A stretch of DNA of 64,000 nt from Octopus bimaculoides (Eukaryota): contig NC_068984.1 in NCBI RefSeq assembly GCF_001194135.2, positions 37,888,293-37,952,292 on the forward strand, written 5' to 3'. The notes beneath the pieces are model-generated. The model ran no database searches and was not told the DNA's origin. It saw only the letters and a program-made list of their open reading frames with translations. Shown here piece after piece: positions 24,381-37,203 of the stretch. The position numbers and the translations under genes are program-made. Each line of letters begins with the position of its first letter. Position 1 is the first letter of the stretch.

Positions 24381-25782
24381 CTTAAGAGCCTCTTATAGAA
24401 GCACTTCTGTACCTCTTTCTTTTTGGTGTCAGTAAGATTAAGTGTGCCATTATCGTTCCAAAGTGATAACATCTGGGTTGAATCTATTATTCCCATGTTG
24501 CAATCATTAATCACCAATAAAATAATTATATATATTTAGATTTAGTAAAAATCAAAGTTATAGATCATCGACTTTACATGTCTTATATATTATTGACAAA
24601 AGACAGAGAAAGCAAATATTGATTGTGTTTTCCTGGGCACATGGTTGTAGGCAACAGAATCTATTTGATTTTAGTATAATCTAGTACTTATTTTATTGAC
24701 TCAACAAGGGATGAAATGTAGGCAGACAGGAAAAGAAATTTGAAATAAGAGAAGATATTGTTGATTTTACACAAGAGGGAAACATAACAGCAGTAACCTG
24801 TTTATTTTATTTATCTGTACAGAATGATTGATGTAATGACTTCCTAATTAGTGGTGATAATAAACAAAATTAAATGAGCTGCGAAACATTTCTTTCTGAT
24901 TTTCACAGAAATTAAATTTTTCAATACCAACTCATTCAAAATTGAGCTAAAAAGTTAAAAGTTAAAATTCCATAATTACGTGATTGGTATCAGCAGATCT
25001 CTTTGGATAAGTTTCAAATTAAATTCATGCAAGAATATTTTATGTTCTATTCTTAATAACAGTTAAATATATAAAAGAAAAGGTTGATTGTTTGACTAAA
25101 CCTATCCAAATTCTTGACTGTTGACAGTATATTTTTATTGGAAATATTGTCATGAAAGAGTTAAAAAAACCATACCTGTCTAGACGAGTCCTTCAATTTA
25201 CCTGCAGTCAGCATGTTAACTTAGAGATTTTGTATGTTGATGTTGCATTTTATCTCACCATAGTTAACTAATTAAATATCATTCTATATACTAAGTTGAT
25301 TCAGTACCCTTTCCTTGATGGGTGGCCTTGTGCCAATATATAAAATCATTATTATTTATCAGTAATTCATTCAGTTATACTAGATGTTCTGTTGTATCCA
25401 AAGTGTCATTACAGTGTTTTGAGTTCATTGTGGTTCAACTTTTTCTTTCATTCACAGAAATAAAATTGGTATCACTACATTATATATTAACAATAATTAC
25501 TTCATTTTTTTTGTACCAGAAACATTGGCCTTGCCCAATCATTGCCTCTCACTACTAAAATAAACTTAGAACTGTATTTTTACGCACCAAAAAAAATGCT
25601 GCCAAGTTGTAATTTCTCAGATCTTATTTCATGATTACATTTACTTGTTAGATACTTCACCAAGATTTGGTATGTCACACATTAACATTTATGGAGTTTC
25701 ATCAACATTTGAATCTGTAAAAACATGCCCTCATTTGGCATTTAGGTTATTGAGGAAGTTAGTTCTTAGTCACATTATAGAT

Positions 25783-26127
25783 CAGGGGTTCTCAACTATT
25801 TTTTTATCTATGGACCCCTTTGATTGCTATTTTATTCTGGTGGTCCCCCATAGCTATTCAATGTTTAAAACTTGTTTTATATAAACTTCTTTCAAAATTC
25901 CTATTTTGCTTTATTCACATTAACTTGTGTAGCTTCAACTATGTAAAATGTTAGAGAAAGAAACCTAGCTGTTTCTTACAATACATACCAATACATCTAA
26001 AATGGAATTTTTTCAGGGACCCTTAAAATAATATTGTGGATCCCCAATTTACTATCTTGTTGTGTGGATTCCCATAAATCTTATATGGACCCTCAGGAGT
26101 CATGTGGACCGTGGTTTAGAACCACTG
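25783..26127. mobile_element. hAT (Charlie-type) MITE
   Basis: Termini CAGGGGTTCTCAAC ... GTTTAGAACCACTG. 8-bp TSD TTATAGAT / TTCTAGAT (7/8), close to the NTCTAGAN target preference of Charlie-type hAT elements. Confidence 0.75.
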
Positions 26128-26677
26128 TTCTAGATCATACACTACCAGAAAATTGAAAATTGAATGCAAAGAAAGAATAAAATTTTTACATAATTTAAGT
26201 TTAGAACCATTGTCATGAGCATAACTCAATGCCTGCATTAATAGTTGCTACTTTACATGAAATTCAAGGCTAAATAAAGTTCTGTCATTTCTTTAAGACC
26301 ATTATTTTTTGTGTGTATGTGTGTGTTTTATGATATAGTGAGTAGTTTCAAAATATTTTACCCATATTTCTCTGTTGTTTGTTATTTAGTGTTATTGCAT
26401 CATATTATTTTGCTCTAATTAGTGGTGGAAATAAAAATTAATATAAGTGGGGAAAACAAGCTTGTTACTTTGTCTAAAAAATCCCCCCCCCCCCCAATCC
26501 CATATCAGCATCTCAAAATTTATATGTCAAACAAAAACACTATAAAGTTTCCATATTACTCTTGTCCAGACAAGTGGCTTTAATAGAATCCAAAATATGT
26601 TGGGCTTGAGCTGTTTTCTTGCTGCAATTACAGCCATGAAGATTTATAAAGAAAGTACTCGTGGTCTACATTTATTA

Positions 26678-29045
26678 CACTGGACAACAAAGATTTTGCT
26701 ACTGGAGTAAAAGCATGTGTTTTAGATTGATGGGGATGCTGATTCTGAATCCACATTCAGAATTGTTCTAGCACGTCAGGATTTTGAGTTGTGCGCATGC
26801 GCAAGATTATAACTATACTTTCGGCTAGATATAGGCTGTGTTATAAAATTTGATAAAATGAAAGCGGTCTTAATTCAAAATTAAAGAATGAACAACAATA
26901 AAACAAACGATAAGAAAGTTCATTATTTAGTTTAGCAATAGATGGTGCTAATGTATTATGTGTAAGCACTAAACACATCAGTTTGTTCTTGATAATTCTC
27001 AGTGTTGTTTGCACTGTAGTCATGTGTGGTATGTGTATCTCTTGCTCTGCGTGATTACTGTTTCAACTGTATTCGTTGTGTTAAATCATGAATAATAGAG
27101 GCTGTGTGAACCACCCAGACAACTTTTATTATGTCTGGAAAATTTGCTCCATGTGACCAGCTGAAGAACATTACCATCAAATTAAAAACTGCTTATAAAT
27201 ATTATTTTGGGTGTAAAATTGGGGACCAAGACAAGAGATGGGCACCTCCTATATGCTGTACTGTGTTACTCAGAGCTTCCACAGTGGCTGAATGGAAAAC
27301 AGAAGGGAATGCCTTTTGCTGTGCCAATGGTATGGCATGAGCCAACCAATCATGTCTCTGATTGTTACTTTTGCATGACTAATATTACTGGTTTCTCAAA
27401 GGAAACCAAAGCAAAAACTGTGTATACAGATTGTAAGTCGGCTCTAAAATTGGTCCCACATGATTTTGAGAACCCTGTCCCAGTTCCCCTCTCACAGGAT
27501 TCATTTGAAGACCTTGACACGTCACACAATGAACTCCCTGATTCTCCTATTGACGAAAAGTATGTAGTTGATTCTAAGAAAAATGACCCATGCTTGTTTA
27601 ATCAAGAAGATTTGAACGATTTAGTAAGAGACCTATGGTTGTCAAAGGAGAAAACAGAAGTTTTAGGATCCAGATTACAATAGAATCTCCTACAGCAAGG
27701 TATGAAAATTTCCATTTTCTGTTCTCACCATGAAGGCTTTATCTGACTTTTTTGAGCAAGAAAATAATGCTTGTCTCTGTACTGACGTTAATGCACTCAT
27801 GCAAAAACTAGGACATGTGCATGTGGCTAACGAATGGAGATTGTCTGTGGACTCAAGTAAGGTTAGCTGCAAAGCTGTGTTGTTACATTGTGGTAATGAA
27901 AAACCTTCCATTCCTGTGGATCATGTTGTTGGTATGGAAGAAACTTATGAATCGATGGAATTCTTTCTGAAAGGAGTTAATTATTCAGTTCATAAGTGGA
28001 ATATTTGTGGTGATTTAAAGGTGATTTTCCTTCCTCCTAGGACTGCAGCTGGGATATACCAAAAATATGTGCTTCTTGTGTGTTTGGAACAGCTGCAACG
28101 ACAGCAATCATTACACTGTAAAAGACTGGCCTAAAGGAGATGAGCACATAGTTGGTCGGTACAATGTGCAGCATATGCCACTGGTATACCCTACAAAAGA
28201 TCTTCCTTTCACCTCTTCACATCAAACTCAGCCTCATGAAAAGCTTTGTAAAAACAATGACACAATGGATGTGGCTTCCAGTACCTAAAAGTAAAATTAG
28301 ATGCAAAGAAAAGTGACACAAAACTGAAAGCAGGCATTTTCATTGGAACCAAGATCAGAGAATCAATGTTTGATAGCAAATTCAGAGGTAAACTGAATCC
28401 AGTTGAACTGACGGCATGGGGTTCATTCGTGTTAGTTGTACAGAACTTTCTTGGAAATCATAGAGCTGAAAACTGCTGATTTAATAAATAACATGCTAAC
28501 AGTGTATGAAAGAATGGGATGCCAAATGTCCCTTAAAATGCACTTCTTGCATTCCCATTTCAATTTTTTTCCAACAAATTTTGGTCCCATTAGTGATGAG
28601 CATGGTGAAAGGTTCCACCAGGACATAGCTGAGGTGGAAACAAGGTATCAAGGCTGGTTCAATCCAGGCATGATGGGTGACTACTGCTGGTTCCTACAAC
28701 AGGAGACCAGCACGATGCATAATTGCAAGAGCAAGTGTCTCAACCATATTATAATACTATTATAATAATTATTTACCATGAACTTAACTTTTCATGATAC
28801 TAGTATAGTATTAATATATAATTATGCACATATATAACACTACTGTAACTACAAAAGATAAATCAAGTTAGTCATATTTTTGTGGCTTCAGAGTTTTCTG
28901 AGATTTCTAGCTCCTTTGTTATGTTGTCAATAGACAGGATGTCTTTGAATCCAAATTTAATGTACATGTCTTAAGATTTGACAAATTGTTTTGGCAACTC
29001 TATTACAATTAGGCCATCAAATACAAGCACTTGCTTTCTTCAGTG
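26678..29045 (+). mobile_element. Chapaev3-like (CMC group) DNA transposon, near full length, transposase pseudogenised (~27088-28765)
   Basis: Frame-shifted MNNRGCVNHPDNF, YFGCKIGDQDKRWAP, PMVWHEPTNHVSDCYFC, DLNDLVRDLWLSKEK, WRLSVDSSK, WNICGDLKV, MSLKMHFLHSH, SDEHGERFHQDI, YQGWFNPGMMGDYCW. 5' end CACTGGACAAC after TTA; degenerate right TIR (CCATCAAATACAAGCACTTGC...CAGTG), right boundary uncertain. Family name recalled from motif similarity. Confidence 0.75.
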
Positions 29046-29967
29046 TTTGTTGTACATCCATATATATAATGTGAATTGTGGGGAAAAAATGAAAACAAAA
29101 CTTTTAAGCTAGTTATCTTTGTTTTTGCATTAGATCCAAAAATGTTAGCCTTTTTGAGATATGACTTAATTCAGGTTTAGTTATTTTTGCAGCAGCACAT
29201 TTTAAAATCTTCATGTGAACAATCTTGTATTGTTTGTGGGATATTGAAGATCTTTCAGTTTGATTGCATTAATACCACATAATGCAAAGAATTTGGCTTG
29301 GCCAATCCAAATTTAGTGTCTTCTTTCAGCAGTTTTGAGTTAAAAACTATTAACTATGCATTTGTCTCTTCTGTATTATCAAGATTTAAGTGTTTATTAG
29401 ATACTATTATAATGTTGTTAGCTAATTATTAGAGTTACACATCTTTGATGCCAATTGTTGTGTTATCAATAACTAACCCTTTTGTTACCATCAAGGCCGT
29501 AGCCACCTGTAATGTTTTTTGTTAGTATTACCAAACCACCCGAAACCAGCAGAAATTACCTATTCATATTTTAATGAGAACTTCAGTGCAAATCTCAGTA
29601 GATTCATGAAAACACGTGGTTTTACTGTGTAAACAATTGAGTTTCTGCAATTATTGTACATGATATCTGAGCACTGAATTTTTGGAGATTTTTTTTTCCA
29701 CTTCAATCTTCTGAAATGTTTCACCAAGGAAGGAAAATGGATACCATTTTCATGTTGTCAAGTAGTGAGTTTGAAATCCAAGTATTTTCAAAAGACATTA
29801 AAAAAATCTAAGAAAATATATGACAAACATAAAAAACCACATGTGATTATTAATTGGGCATTTTATTTTTCCACAAGTGAAACGATTCTGACAACAGTTC
29901 TGATAGATATTTTCAAGTTTCTCATATACTTGGAAGAAAGTTAGAAATCCAAGCAACTTTAGGAATA

Positions 29968-29998
<31 letters not shown>

Positions 29999-31269
29999 GG
30001 AGAAAGAGAGAATTTGATTTATAAGTATTTAAATATTTTTTTCTGAATTTATCTCATTTTTTTTTTTATTTACTTATAATTTACCTGTAAAATGTATGAC
30101 AATGACAAAGTTTGATTAATTTGGATTGTAAATTGTGATTATATGTGTTTCTGTGAATGTATGTATATGTGTGAGTTTATTTCATTTAGTTGATGACATA
30201 ATATTCATTTCCTAGTTTTCCTCAAAGACAGGTTCCAGTATTCCATTCTGTTTTACCTTTATGATACACCTGTCTTATGTGAATCTAATAAATACACTAG
30301 TAATTTCCACAATTCCTCTCAGTTAAAATTTTGATTAGTCATTGAATATTAGCTGATAAATCATTTTCTATGTTGCTGTTTAAACAAAATTTATATTTTG
30401 TTGAATTTAGCTGTAATCAGACTCACTTTGAGACAAAAATTATGAAACAGATTTGATTAAGAACCTTTTGTTAAATTGTGTTCCAAAAATCACATTAATA
30501 TTTTGATAAATAAAAAAAAAAGATTTGTTTTATGAAACCAGTCTAAATTCATGATTATTTTAGAATTTAATTGAAACACATAAGGGTGTATTTTGGTTAG
30601 ATATATAGTAATGAATAGGTTAAATAGGTCCACATTGCAACTACTTCAAGCCTACAACAGTTAGTTACAGTCAACTTTCAGGTATCTATCATGATGCCAC
30701 ATTAATCAAGACCCAAAAAACTAACAGGAAAAAAGAGAGATGGAAAATTGCAAGTGCATTTCATTCATGTTCCTTGTTTACTTTGCATGTGTATGTATAT
30801 ATATATTAATAATAGTGTTAATGTTTAGAACAATATACATATTGCAGTATGTTATAATATTAATCTGGATGTCTTTCCAAAATCTATTTGGTGGGATGGA
30901 GAACAATTATTGACTTGTATTCTGTCTGGATAGCAAGGCAGGCAAATGGTTAAGAGGATAAAATCAATCCCAGGTGAGATATATGTTGTCCAATATAGAT
31001 TATCAGCATCATAGCTCACACTAGCAGTAGTAATGTAATATAGGAAACAGACTGTTGGAGAAATGTATAAAGTCACTCTATAAATGGTTTTCAGCTTTTA
31101 GTGTTATCTATAAGTAGGTTTTAGTTAAATTGTATTAGCCATGCAGCTGATTCTTCAATATTATGAAAATTTATACCTATAAAAAATAAAACAATAATCT
31201 AGTTGTTTAGCCCCAGGTCAACCCTGATCAAGTAATGATGGACAGAACACAAATGAACTGAGAAGAAAT

Positions 31270-31530
31270 TTTATTGAAAGAGGTACCTGTTGTAGTGTGC
31301 TAGAGATAAGATTGTCTTCATACAGACAGTGTGATGTGTATGGCTAGCTGTTGGGCAAAGAAGTGCTAAGCAATTCAAGTTGAAGAAAGCTGAGAAGAAA
31401 GAGAACCAAAGAAGACATTGGAAGAAGTGGTGAAAACTGACCCCAAGAGGCTGAAGCCCAGGAAACCACTTAGGAAATGACAAAATACTGCAAGTGGTGA
31501 GATATTGTACTGAAGAAGACTCATCTAATC
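31270..31530 (+). mobile_element. RTE LINE 3' fragment
   Basis: Degenerate RRLRW/HV region followed by GAAGAAGTGGTGAAAACTGACC, similar to other local RTE ends. Confidence 0.55.
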
Positions 31531-32635
31531 CATGCAAGCTTGAAAAAATGGGTTAAAACAGTAGTGTAGTGGTGGAGGCAGCACTGATTAACTCTATGAT
31601 TTGTAGCATATTAGGAAGAAAAAACTTTTATATATACAAGGTTGCCAGAAAGAATAGGCAGTGGTGCAGAAAACCTTGAAGAAAGGTGAGAGCAAGTATA
31701 TTCAGATAGTGTATATAGAATTGAGTAGCAAGTTCATTTATCAAAGAGACAGAAAATAAAATCACTTGCACTAAGGTCTTTGAAAACGTTTCAATAATGC
31801 TACTGATATTCTAGAATTAAGTCTGCTTTAGTCAGTGCTGAAAAGGAAAAAAATAAAAACATCATAGTATGTGTGTGTATCTTTAAATTCCACTTTTACC
31901 ACTTACAGTTATAGACCTTGCCTATTCTAATTGATAAGATAATTATTCTAAGTGACATAAAACAGTGATTCAAAGCAATTTGTATCAAAATAAACAACAA
32001 TTCAAGTAATATGAAATAGTAGTTTATATGTTTGTACAAAAGGTTGTGAGTGCAGATCTAAATTACTTAGCAATTCATAACTGGTTTTAAAATGTCAACA
32101 TTTGAAAAAGCTTAGTTTCATTTGGGTGCATGAATGAATACAAATTCATTTTGAAAGTCTTGCATGGTTCAAAAAAGATAATTTCGTTTTGGTAAAAAAA
32201 AATGCACTTTTTTTTTTTTTTTAACCTGAGTTAGCAGAAATAGTTAATGCTTTGTGAGACTACCTGATTGAGTAGTTCTATTCAAAGTAGAGATTTTCTT
32301 GATGCGGTGCAGGTTGAAGGACATGTGTGAGTGATGCAGCTTGGAACAAGCTGTGGTCAAATTATCATATGAAGGTCCTGTGTGTGAGCTGTATAGTGAG
32401 AGAAATTTGTCATTGCCTTTAGCATTCATATTACTTTGTCTTCTTTTGAATTATGTATTATCTTGTAGTATCAAGATTTCTATGATGAAATTGTTTATTT
32501 TTAGATTGACATTGTAGGGTAAGTGAGTGACCAGATCTGGCCAATTTGAACATAAAACGGGTAGAATATTTGGGCTGGATATGGCTAGTTTAAATAAATA
32601 GTAAAAGGCTAATGTCTAATGTGACTTTTTTTTTA

Positions 32636-32790
32636 GTGGTTGGCGTTAGGAAGGGCATCCAGCTGTAGAAACTCTGCCAAATTAGATTGGAGCCTGGTGT
32701 TGCCATCCGGTTTCACCAGTCCTCAGTCAAATCGTCCAACCCATGCTAGCATGGAAAGCGGACGTTAAACGATGATGATGATGATGATGA
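32636..32790 (+). mobile_element. Young Ceph-type SINE/LINE 3' tail with (GAT)n
   Basis: GTGGTTGGCGTTAGGAAGGGCATCCAGCTGTAGAAACTCTGCC...GGACGTTAAAC(GAT)n with CpGs retained. Confidence 0.85.
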
Positions 32791-34380
32791 CCTATTTATT
32801 TGGTAGTCTGTAGAGTAAAGCAAAATTTCAAGAGTCTGTGCTGGCAAAGCTGTAATGGTTGGTAAACTAGACTGCATGATTAATGATCTGAATAACTGAT
32901 CTGTGTACCTGTTTGATTGCTGTAATGGTCGAATGAAAATTGAGAGATGTTGGTATCTTATCACGGGACTCTGTAAAGGTGAAAGTTGTCAGTGAAAAGC
33001 CATCAAAGAGCATGCTATTGAGGTATGGTTTCAAAAAGCTAAAGTGTATGATTGTGGTAGTAGATTGTTTGGGTTCATTTCTAGTATAACTCTGACTTTC
33101 AATAGCATGGAATGTTTAATCCAGAACACAAATAGTTCAAATTCATGTTTTAAGATCACCATGAGTGGCTAACAAATCTGTATTCAAAGGAAGATAGCAG
33201 TTTTAACAGTGTACTTTTTTTTTTTTTTTTTTTTTTTACAAGAAGGCAGGCAGTGAATTTAATTGTCACCATGATAGCAAACTGGTTAATTTGTTGCTGC
33301 TGCTGATTCTGCAGTCACTGAATAGCTATGATGATTAATTCTCAATTATATAAGCTTCAAATCGAATTTGTGGCTGCTAGATCATATCATTACCCTGCCA
33401 TAAAAATACTTTTCCTTTTTCTTAAACAATTCACTATACCCTAAAAAGTGATGAGTTGTGTGTCATTACTAATTATAAGGACCGCTTCAGTTTATCTTAA
33501 TAGATAAATAATTAAGCTAATTAAGTGGGAACATTTAAATAATGCTATGTACATAGTAAACTGTTTGACATACATTAATACATCACATTTTCTAGTGTTT
33601 TGTTGAATATAAATGACTACATTCTGCATTGTTAGTTATAAGTTTCTAAGGGGGCTAGCATGGATTCACTGCATTTCTGCCAGTAAGAATAACAAGGGAT
33701 TCTCAACTGGTGCAAGGAAAATCATTCCTAAAAAGGCCATTTTCTCATTTTCTCACTAATGTTTATATTCTATATTGATGCAAACCAGTGGAAGATATAT
33801 AAATATATGCATGTATGTGTGTACACAGACACACACGAGAGGCACAGACATGGCTGTGTGGTTAAGAAGTTTACTTCTCAACTTTATGGCTTCAGATTCA
33901 GTTCCACTGTGTAGCATGCCTGACCAACGGGAAATATTACCTATGAAATAAATACGGGTTGATGACAGGCAGAACATCCATCTGTAGAAATGTCTCAATA
34001 AACTCTGTCCAAAGCATGCAAACATGGTAATGCAGAAGTTGAAATGATGATTTGTGTTACCTATCATTTAACAGGTAATTTTGGAAGTACGCTTTCACCA
34101 TTATAGGTAATATCAGGAAAATATAATTGCCTGATGTTTTATCACTTCTCCCTATTTTCCCATTCCATGACACAGGGGAACAGTTTTGAACATAATTTCT
34201 ACTGAGTTTGCCTTTTCACTTGATTTAAACTAAAATTGATATGCTGATTTCAAAACTACAGTCAGTTTTCTTCCATCACGTCAAACTTTTTTCTACAGCT
34301 TACTCTCTGAATAAGCACAATAGTATTGTTTGTCTGTAAGCAATAGGGCTGGTCAGCTGCTTTTATTATTTTATTGATAA

Positions 34381-35900
34381 CACTGAAACTTGTTCAAAAA
34401 AATTTTGACTTCCCTTGCTTTTTACAATTAGCTCTACCTAATTTGATGATGCTGGATTCAGAAATGCCTTTAGAAATTTTCTATCATGTCAAGTTTTTCT
34501 GTTAAACTGGAATTAATTTTTTTTTACCAAAAAATGTTGATTTTGCCATTAAATTCAATAGTATAACAGAAACTAACACAAACTAAATAGTACTTTTAGT
34601 GTTTAACAACCATATTACACAAAATGTTTAATTACACATTTTAGGATAGATATTTCTGTCAAATACCCAAGGAGTGAACTTTCTCTTTACTGCTTTGTAT
34701 GAATAACTTGCATCAGGACAGTCTCTGGATCTTTTTTAAAACGGGGGCCACATTTTTCATTAACGAAACACTTTGAAACTTGGAACACTGGTAGAATGTG
34801 TCATATAAAACATCTTTTTCTCTTAGTCTTCTTAAAAAAAAAAGAAATCCATAAATTATTCCATGTTAAAGTTGTCGTATTTCTGTAATTTCAACCAATC
34901 ACTGACGTCCATTCAGCCGATATACATTAAGTGCCGACTACATAAACAAACGATTCTGAAACAATTAACCCTAACCCTAACCCTAACTCTAACTCTAACC
35001 CTAACCCTAACCCTAGGGTTAGGGTTAGGGTTAAAGCAAATTTAAAATGAAAAAAGCAAATAAAACGAAGAATCGTTTGTTTATGTAGTCGGCACTTAAT
35101 GTATATCGGCTGAATGGACGTCAGTGATTGGTTGAAATTATCGAAATAAGACAATTTTTTACATGAAATAAATTCGAATACAAAAATATTTTTCTGTTCT
35201 ATAACACAAAATAGATAAGTATACGAAGTTTGAAAGTCTTTCGGTACCAAAAACACTACGTAAAACATTAATGAAAAATGTGGCCCCCGTTTTAAAAAAG
35301 ATCCCAGTCTCTTTACAGAGACCACCTGTAGCCAGTCATCATGTTTGTGCTCCACCTACTTTGATGACTGCACAAGAAGTGCACTTTCGTGCTCATGTAG
35401 CTCAATGCTCAAAAAACTGGTTAACAGGGTCTGCACATGTTCATAATTTGATGACTTCCTGTTTCCCAGGAAATTACGCACAACTGCGATAAAAGCATTC
35501 CATGCTTCTTTTTCTAGGTCAGACATGATCTCCAAAACCTGTTCATCCTGTAATAACCTAATCTGTAACCTGTCAAACACACCAGCCTTAATTTTCTCAT
35601 AAGACAAAGTTGGAAACTTTCTGCTTAAGTTTTTGAAACTGTCACTGTCTCTGTGTTTCAACACATGTATTACACACGATATGAGGTAGCCAGACTTTAT
35701 TTTGATCACCCAGTTTTATGCTAAAGTAAGCTTCCTTCCTTGTTTTACTGCCTAGGTAAAGTGTAACATCCACAAATATAGCAGAAAACATCAGGGCTGT
35801 TTTCGCATTTTCTTCTCTCACAACTGACCATATTTTTGAAATACAAAACATATTCGAGTCAGTTGTCACCTGGGAAAAGCATTTTCAGAATTGTTAGCAG
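34381..35900 (-). mobile_element. Second, internally deleted Chapaev3-like transposon fossil
   Basis: Minus-strand AYFSIKLGDQNKVWLPHIVCNTC, KFPTLSYEKIKAGVF, EKEAWNAFIAVVRNFLGNRKSSNY and a RYQGRW-like end. CACTG...GATGCTGGATTCAGA terminal block at 34381. Boundaries approximate. Confidence 0.7.
34727..35304. mobile_element. Foldback MITE with 37-bp perfect TIRs, 8-bp TSD and central telomere-like repeats (Merlin-like termini)
   Basis: TIR GGATCTTTTTTAAAACGGGGGCCACATTTTTCATTAA at both ends; TSD CAGTCTCT at 34719-34726 and 35305-35312. Inner perfect 72-bp IR 34886-34957 / 35069-35140; core (CCCTAA)n then (TTAGGG)n. Confidence 0.9.
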
Positions 35901-36987
35901 TTATAAAGTAAGCAAATGCAGATTTGTGATGGCAAAATTTCATAAAGAGCATATGTACCATGAAGTTCTTTCTACAGCTTTTTGACCATACTTGACAAAA
36001 AGTGACCTTAACCCATGTGACCTTACAATTAAAACATTATGGGGACATTCAAAATACCAATTTTCATAAGAAATAGTTAAAGACTCAACAAAACATGTTT
36101 CACCTGGTTTGCAATGATAGTCACACTAAATCAAGCACAGCATGGTTATATCTGCAGACAACTTCCACAAATATGAGACAGGTATGATGTCAAGGATGAC
36201 AGAAATGTGTTGTTTATTAGCATCTAATTATATAAAAGACATTTCTGTCATCATTGTGACATTTAAAACTGGTTAGATTGAAAATAGTGAAAGTTACTCA
36301 AGTTGGATGCATTTTATTTACTGAAAATACTTAAATCATGACTTTGTTTTCACTTTTGTAATTGCATTTTCTTTAAATGACATTGAAAAACTATGTTTTC
36401 CAAATTATTTCAAGATCCATACATAGGTCTGCATTTGATGAAGCCACATCTCTCCTTAGAAATGGTGACAATACCTGAAATGTTGAGAAATGAACATTTG
36501 AGTTTGTGAAAAATCTTGATGTGATAGAGCAAAATGGATTTCAGTTTTGGAATCAGCACTCCAAAATAATTAGGAAATATGTCTCTAACACTAGACAAAA
36601 AAAAAAAAAAAGAATTCTGTTCCCCAGTGCAATGTGTTTGTTGGAAGTAGTATAGTTCCTATTAAAATGTATTAATGTTCTCATATGTATGTATTTAAGC
36701 ATTGATTGCTTTAAGTAAATTTCCTAGAGTTTTTTTTCAAGTTCTTAGTAAGATTTTCATTAATCTCTTAGAGACTGAGGACTTGCTTCTTTATTTTACA
36801 CAGCCTTCACTCTCCTATCAGTCACTCCCCCACTACCATCTTTATGTTATTTTATCAACATAAACACAATCAGTTTCATGGAAAACTTATTTCAGTGAAA
36901 TTTTATATAAAGATATGTATTTTTCAGAAAGTTATCATTGCCTGCTACCAAGCCTCATATGTGCACTCATCCTACAGCTATTATGTT

Positions 36988-36989
<2 letters not shown>

Positions 36990-37038
<49 letters not shown>

Positions 37039-37149
37039 NNNNNNNNNNNNNNNNNNNNNNNNNNNNNNNNNNNNNNNNNNNNNNNNNNNNNNNNNNNNNN
37101 NNNNNNNNNNNNNNNNNNNNNNNNNNNNNNNNNNNNNNNNNNNNNNNNN

Positions 37150-37198
<49 letters not shown>
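36990..37198. repeat. (TC)n microsatellite spanning an N gap
   Basis: Direct inspection; gap 37039-37149. Confidence 0.95.

Positions 37199-37203
<5 letters not shown>

Noticed and set aside
34060-34080. Other AG|GT juxtapositions (34074, 47235, 30680, 63038) as recursive sites
   Set aside because: Poorer pyrimidine tracts or donor matches than the 60438 site; compatible with chance.
34966-35033. Telomere repeat inversion as an ancient chromosome fusion site
   Set aside because: The orientation is (CCCTAA)n then (TTAGGG)n, opposite to a fusion scar, and it lies inside a TSD-flanked MITE.
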